Below, piece after piece: positions 59,381 through 64,000 of a stretch of 64,000 nt of DNA. Both the position numbers and the translations under genes were made by a program. Positions within the stretch are counted from its first letter, which is position 1. Each line of letters starts with the position of its first letter. Where the stretch lies: assembly GCA_977017575.1 (NCBI GenBank), contig CDRNVI010000063.1, positions 372,001 through 436,000 of the forward strand, given 5' to 3'. This DNA is from Paramoeba atlantica (Eukaryota; Protista; Discosea). Below the pieces are notes generated by a model. That model was not told the DNA's origin and made no database searches. It worked only from the letters and a program-made list of their open reading frames with translations.

Positions 59381-59847
59381 CAGGGGTGCGAATCTAAAGG
59401 TGGGGGGGTCTAAAATTCGTAAAAGTTGTCCAATTTGGGAAAATAATAGCGCATTGGATAGCTCTCACAGAGTTGTATGTTTTAGGATAGGTAGCATCCG
59501 GGGTTTGGGGGGTACCCCCCTTTCATGTAAGGGTCAAAAACACATATTGCAATACTTTAGTGATGTCAATAATTTCTGTAATTTGGATTGCAAAAGACAA
59601 TTAGTAACCACAGTGCCCCCCGTTCCGACTAATAAAAATTTCACAACGCTTCCTGAAACTCTTCAACCTTTTCTGAACCGTTGCAGAGTGGGTCTGTTTC
59701 AATTTAAGGAAAGACCCCTCAATGGCGGCTTCCAGTTGCTGTCGATTTCGGGGTCGAAGAAGATTTTTGTCTGTGTCCATCACAGACAAATTTTCGATCG
59801 GATTCAGGTCTGGAGATTTTGCAGGCCCGGGGAGAACGGAAATTCCT
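59381..59847 (-). pseudogene. Tc1-like transposon 3' end (family 2)
   Basis: PAKSPDLNPIENL..SFRKRCEIFISRNGGHCGY; terminus TA|CAGGGGTG; cut by YR2 right end. Confidence 0.8.
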
Positions 59848-60594
59848 GAATTGCCCTCCGGGTGAGCCCCTGCACAACATAAAGAAACTATAAAATATAT
59901 TGTACGAAAAGGTGAACTTCAGTCTACATAATGTATATTGATAATTTGTTTTAACGGTATCCTATGTACATCTCTGCACTCTTTTATTTTACAATTGAAT
60001 TTGAAACTATCCGTAGAAACCAATTTGAACAAACTAATAATACTATAACATTCACTCACCGAGAGATGCATTGTCTCTCCCTGTCGCGAACGGGTGTCCA
60101 CGCGGGGAGTGGTTTGGGGGTTGGTGGGCGGGACAAAATTTTCGTACGGATATAATCTTCTATCCTTTACCAAAGTATAAATAATTGATGTACGATTAAA
60201 CTCTGACAATTTAACTAAGTAAAAATCATAATATGAGAATGTCATGTGCCCCGTGGGGCCACCCCCCCCCCACCCTACAGGAAACTCGATATCCTTCGAA
60301 CAATTCTATTCGTAGACTTCTAGAATTGCCCTCCGGGTGAGCCCCTGCACAACATAAAGAAACTATAAAATATATTGTACGAAAAGGTGAACTTCAGTCT
60401 ACATAATGTATATTGATAATTTGTTTTAACGGTATCCTATGTACATCTCTGCACTCTTTTATTTTACAATTGAATTTGAAACTATCCGTAGAAACCAATT
60501 TGAACAAACTAATAATACTATAACATTCACTCACCGAGAGATGCATTGTCTCTCCCTGTCGCGAACGGGTGTCCACGCGGGGACCACCCTTTCG

Positions 60595-63468
60595 CTAGTC
60601 ACAAATTTTCCCTTTCGCACTGCTCTGGACCTGTTGTCGACTGATTGGATCTGCGGGATTCAATTTTGATGAAATGTATTCCGGCTGTACGGTAATTCCC
60701 TGCTTTCTTAAGAATTGCAGCAATGGCTTCAGTTCAAAATGAATTCCGTCTGAGTTTGTTGATTTCTTTTTAATTGATGCTAAACACGATGTGTTATCGA
60801 TGAAAAGGTCCACACAAGTTCCTCGGTGGAAGTGATGTACCAAACGCTCGAAAGCGAGACGAACGGCCCTCGTCTCTGCTTTGTTCACTTCGTACGCGAA
60901 GTTCTCCTCCCAGCGATCCCCCACACAAACTACTTGCCCGTAGTCGAGGTACAATATTGCTCCCCATCCCGTCGACGAAGCATCCGTGTATAAGGTGTGG
61001 CGGTGTGGAACTGTATCCGGATGAGGAGGGGGTGTTACTGGATTATTTAAGCATATCTTATTCTTCCATTCCGTCAATGCCAAAGTTACATACGGAGGGA
61101 GCGGTACCCGTACGTTGTGTAGTTCAGGTTTGTTGTTGAGCGCATTGATACGTCTGCGAACCAATTTTAGGGGAAAATGGTAGTTTGTTATCGGTTCACC
61201 CAGAACTGAGGATGCGTGCACGGGTCGTCCCACTGCTGATTCAAGTTGCTCAAAAGTAGCATAACGAAATCTATCCTCTTTCATTCGCTGAATTATCTTT
61301 GGTCCCATTTTTACCTTACCCTCTTCGTGACAAAACTCCACTCCATTGAAAACATAGTTCGTCATAGGATCCGTGCCCTCGTCCTTGAAAGTTGCATTAA
61401 CGCTGCCAGCTCGAGAGTCAATGAATTGTTTATACGCGCTCGCCTCTTCTTCCCCTCCCGCGTACCTTACTCCATCAACATAGACGTCAGCTTTAAAGGC
61501 TCCATCATACGCGGAACTCTCGCTGCAATAATGCGGATCCCCGGCCAATGTTGATGTAATTGTGTGCATGATTTCCGGGGCACACCTATGCCCCATCGGC
61601 ATAACTTTTAGTTCATATAGGTCTCCATTGCTTCCTCGAAATCTAAACTTTGCCCGTGCCTGCTCCGGCACACTCACCTGATGAAAACCACATGATAAGT
61701 CGCGCTTCAGCCCGTACGGCTTTTTCGCTCGATGCAAATAGAAAGCAGCGTGCTTTAAGGGAACGTAAGGTATGTAATCTTCTTTGAGTCTCTTGTTGTC
61801 CTCTCGAGTCCACGCTATAAATCTGCGGCGCTTTTCAACTCCAGTTTCATCCGCGGGTTCAATAACCGTAAAGGGTATCACCCACTGATTGGTGGGGCGT
61901 TTGTTTTCTTCGTCCGGTGATACTTTACTAATAATATTTGCATCTTCCAACTCTTTGATATCTTTTTCCGGTAAAGTAGGTGCAAATTTTGGCGATTCAT
62001 CTTCATTTTTTTCCAACTTAAAGAGGGTGTTTAGCGTCTCACAAAATCGGGCAGATGCTGCCCCGTTCATCCTATTCCGAACTTCGTTCATATTCAACAC
62101 TTTCACTTTCTTCACATGTAATGGTAGTTTGAGATCATCATGCATAGCGAGCTTTGTGGTGCGTCGGGTACGCACAATGGTGTAGCGGCTCTTCTCTTGC
62201 GGCATATCGCGCAAGTACTGGCGAAATAAATTTTCGGAGCTCACAACGTTTTCAGATGCATTGTCGCTTTCCCAGTTCCAAGAGCGAGCGCGGTAGTGAC
62301 GGGATCTGAATTGTACCGGAGGAGGGATTCTATCTGTTGGTGTTTTGCCAGATTCTTCAGTTCGTCGATTGTGACCTTCCCATTTGCGACCTGTTTGAAC
62401 AGCTCCGTGACCGCCCCTCTCTTGGATGAATGTGTCCCAAAAGCTTGACCGAGCGTTTGCTTGATATTTCGATCCATCTGTCGTACGTTCGTTCGGCACA
62501 TTGTGTTCCACGACTTGAGCGTATGAACGTATTGGGCAAGCTCCGGAGTGCCTTCCCCAAGAATTACTGTGTACATTGATGGTCGCCACTGGTTGCAACG
62601 CGACGCCTTTGTTCCTCTGCCCCAGGCGATTACTATTCTTTGCGAGGTCACCTGTACGAATCTTTCTGTCGTTAAATTTGCTGTCTCGGTCCAGCGGGAG
62701 GCAGCTTTCCAGCACAGTAGCATTGTCATGCTTTCCGATTGAGTCAGATTCTTTCGTAGCTTGTTCAAGAGGTATGGTGTTAGTGGTTCCATTTGGTGTT
62801 TCGGCTCCTCCGCACCCTCGGCTTGTAGCGCTTTGCAGAAAAACTTTATTGGTACAGTGCTCTCTCCGATTAGGTTGAACAGTGCCATTATTGCTCGAGC
62901 GTACGTTATTTTCGTTTGCGGAGATATCGGGAGAAGCTGAATGAAAGCGACTGCATGTATTGGACTTAGATGTATCTTTTTCCACGTGCAAAAGGTCCTG
63001 AACCTTTCCCAAAGCCTTGCCCTTGAATCCCACGTTGATGTGCTCCACATTGAGGCCATCCCATCCAAGGCCACTCTGACTTCGTGAGTGATCGTACTCA
63101 CACCCATCAACAGGCTTAGCAGGTTTCTCCTGCCTGATTGCGCCGACTCCAAACTTAACGTTCCCTGATATAATTTTCCAGATGAAATTAATCTCCCGTC
63201 GTAGCTCCGCGCATTGACTACATTCTGTGCTGTCGTCTTTCTTCGTTTGCTGTGCGGAGCCTCGATCTGCGATGAAATTCTTTTGTATACTATGGACTTC
63301 TGTGGTACCATTTGATGCGAAATTTTCGTTCCTACGTCGATTCTCCGGTATTCTATATTCGGAACACTGGCGATTAAAGGACGGGCGTTTCATAACGTCT
63401 TGGCGCTGTGCGCGCTGCCAGCCGCCCTCTGGCGAAAATCCGGTGGTGATGATCTTTTGTACGGACAA
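60595..63468 (-). CDS. RT-RNaseH ORF with long dual-coded N-terminal extension
   Basis: KRDLSCGFHQV, MPMGHRCAPE, YVDG, LYTDASSTGWG, LNPADPISR; 957 aa open. Confidence 0.9.
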   Translation of the reverse strand: MSVQKIITTGFSPEGGWQRAQRQDVMKRPSFNRQCSEYRIPENRRRNENFASNGTTEVHSIQKNFIADRGSAQQTKKDDSTECSQCAELRREINFIWKIISGNVKFGVGAIRQEKPAKPVDGCEYDHSRSQSGLGWDGLNVEHINVGFKGKALGKVQDLLHVEKDTSKSNTCSRFHSASPDISANENNVRSSNNGTVQPNRREHCTNKVFLQSATSRGCGGAETPNGTTNTIPLEQATKESDSIGKHDNATVLESCLPLDRDSKFNDRKIRTGDLAKNSNRLGQRNKGVALQPVATINVHSNSWGRHSGACPIRSYAQVVEHNVPNERTTDGSKYQANARSSFWDTFIQERGGHGAVQTGRKWEGHNRRTEESGKTPTDRIPPPVQFRSRHYRARSWNWESDNASENVVSSENLFRQYLRDMPQEKSRYTIVRTRRTTKLAMHDDLKLPLHVKKVKVLNMNEVRNRMNGAASARFCETLNTLFKLEKNEDESPKFAPTLPEKDIKELEDANIISKVSPDEENKRPTNQWVIPFTVIEPADETGVEKRRRFIAWTREDNKRLKEDYIPYVPLKHAAFYLHRAKKPYGLKRDLSCGFHQVSVPEQARAKFRFRGSNGDLYELKVMPMGHRCAPEIMHTITSTLAGDPHYCSESSAYDGAFKADVYVDGVRYAGGEEEASAYKQFIDSRAGSVNATFKDEGTDPMTNYVFNGVEFCHEEGKVKMGPKIIQRMKEDRFRYATFEQLESAVGRPVHASSVLGEPITNYHFPLKLVRRRINALNNKPELHNVRVPLPPYVTLALTEWKNKICLNNPVTPPPHPDTVPHRHTLYTDASSTGWGAILYLDYGQVVCVGDRWEENFAYEVNKAETRAVRLAFERLVHHFHRGTCVDLFIDNTSCLASIKKKSTNSDGIHFELKPLLQFLRKQGITVQPEYISSKLNPADPISRQQVQSSAKGKICD
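62241..63311 (-). CDS. Tyrosine recombinase, fully nested in the RT ORF
   Basis: AASRWTE, TKAS, HSSKRG, KHQQIESLLRY. Confidence 0.9.
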   Translation of the reverse strand: MVPQKSIVYKRISSQIEAPHSKRRKTTAQNVVNARSYDGRLISSGKLYQGTLSLESAQSGRRNLLSLLMGVSTITHEVRVALDGMASMWSTSTWDSRARLWERFRTFCTWKKIHLSPIHAVAFIQLLPISPQTKITYARAIMALFNLIGESTVPIKFFCKALQAEGAEEPKHQMEPLTPYLLNKLRKNLTQSESMTMLLCWKAASRWTETANLTTERFVQVTSQRIVIAWGRGTKASRCNQWRPSMYTVILGEGTPELAQYVHTLKSWNTMCRTNVRQMDRNIKQTLGQAFGTHSSKRGAVTELFKQVANGKVTIDELKNLAKHQQIESLLRYNSDPVTTALALGTGKATMHLKTL

Positions 63469-64000
63469 TCCTTCAAGAAATGATCAGGAGATCGGCAATT
63501 GTAACACACTGGGCGCCCCACATTGGAAGAAGCATAACTCGGATACATTTGTCTCGGCTGACCAAAAGAACGATAACTTCGATTCACATAATTTGATCCG
63601 GAGTAGCGCGCACGAAATTTCTCTCGATCGGATAACTGATCCGACACGTGTTGATAAAATTTGTCGTGTGATCTGTCCTCTTTATCCAACTTCTGGTGGA
63701 CTGCCTCTACATCTACCTTGCACGCTCGCCAATATGAGTCTCGAAGACTCTGAACGATGGCTTTACCCAACTCCAAGAAAGGACCTTCAGACCATCCTGG
63801 GGTATCCCGCGCCAACATAATCCATTTCCCTAGCAAATTGTCGAAGTTTCGCTCTTGCTGTTTCTGAAATGAACGATCCTGAAATAATTGATTGAGTCGC
63901 AAACCATATTCCGGTGCCTCCTTCAGTTCCCGAATCAAATCACGAATGCGAAATCCCTCATCATTACGGGCATCGATCCACGCTGGCCAAGTAATAGGTT
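63390..64000 (-). CDS. Gag-like protein C-terminal part with CCHC knuckle
   Basis: CYNCRSPDHFLKDC; homologous to YR1 gag; runs off the window. Confidence 0.82.
   Translation of the reverse strand, partial: PITWPAWIDARNDEGFRIRDLIRELKEAPEYGLRLNQLFQDRSFQKQQERNFDNLLGKWIMLARDTPGWSEGPFLELGKAIVQSLRDSYWRACKVDVEAVHQKLDKEDRSHDKFYQHVSDQLSDREKFRARYSGSNYVNRSYRSFGQPRQMYPSYASSNVGRPVCYNCRSPDHFLKDCPYKRSSPPDFRQRAAGSAHSAKTL
63435..63441 (-). promoter_or_regulatory. Putative -1 frameshift heptamer G_GAT_TTT
   Basis: Same position and frame relationship as 43057-43063. Confidence 0.7.

Larger units (their letters stand above)
59848..64000 (-). mobile_element. YR retrotransposon YR2 (5' end beyond window)
   Basis: B2 59848-60108, A2 60109-60322, B1 60323-60583, then RT, YR and gag ORFs. 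Confidence 0.88.

Noticed and set aside
339-63820. Numerous short antisense or alternate-frame ORFs in the track
   Set aside because: They shadow GC-balanced transposon genes or UTRs and show no recognisable motifs

Overview
This window is eukaryotic, most likely from a euglenozoan (kinetoplastid or diplonemid-like) genome. It is a nested pile of mobile elements with no recognisable host genes. It contains: (1) two families of CRE/SLACS-clade non-LTR retrotransposons with reverse transcriptase (RT) and a restriction-like endonuclease (RLE), here F1 (QQGDPLG/WYLDD, N-terminal zinc fingers) and F2 (RQGSxLS/AYxDD); (2) TATE/VIPER-like tyrosine-recombinase (YR) retrotransposons with gag, YR and RT-RNaseH; (3) Tc1/IS630-like and Merlin-like DNA transposons; (4) five spliced-leader (SL)-like sequences fused to element 5' ends. 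The most interesting signals are these. A ~233-nt covarying structured RNA follows the stop codon of six F1 copies. SL-headed elements include nested SL relics that start exactly after the SL's internal AG, suggesting repeated trans-splicing and retrotransposition. The YR family has A1..B1-A2-B2 split repeats, a covarying 28-bp palindrome at the B|A junction, TSD-free insertions and a conserved -1 slippery site. A TSD-flanked ~550-bp non-coding element carries three copies of a second covarying RNA motif. One F1 ORF has two tandem 2A-like peptides. All comparisons were made by eye and no searches were run. Some junctions could be assembly or amplification chimeras.
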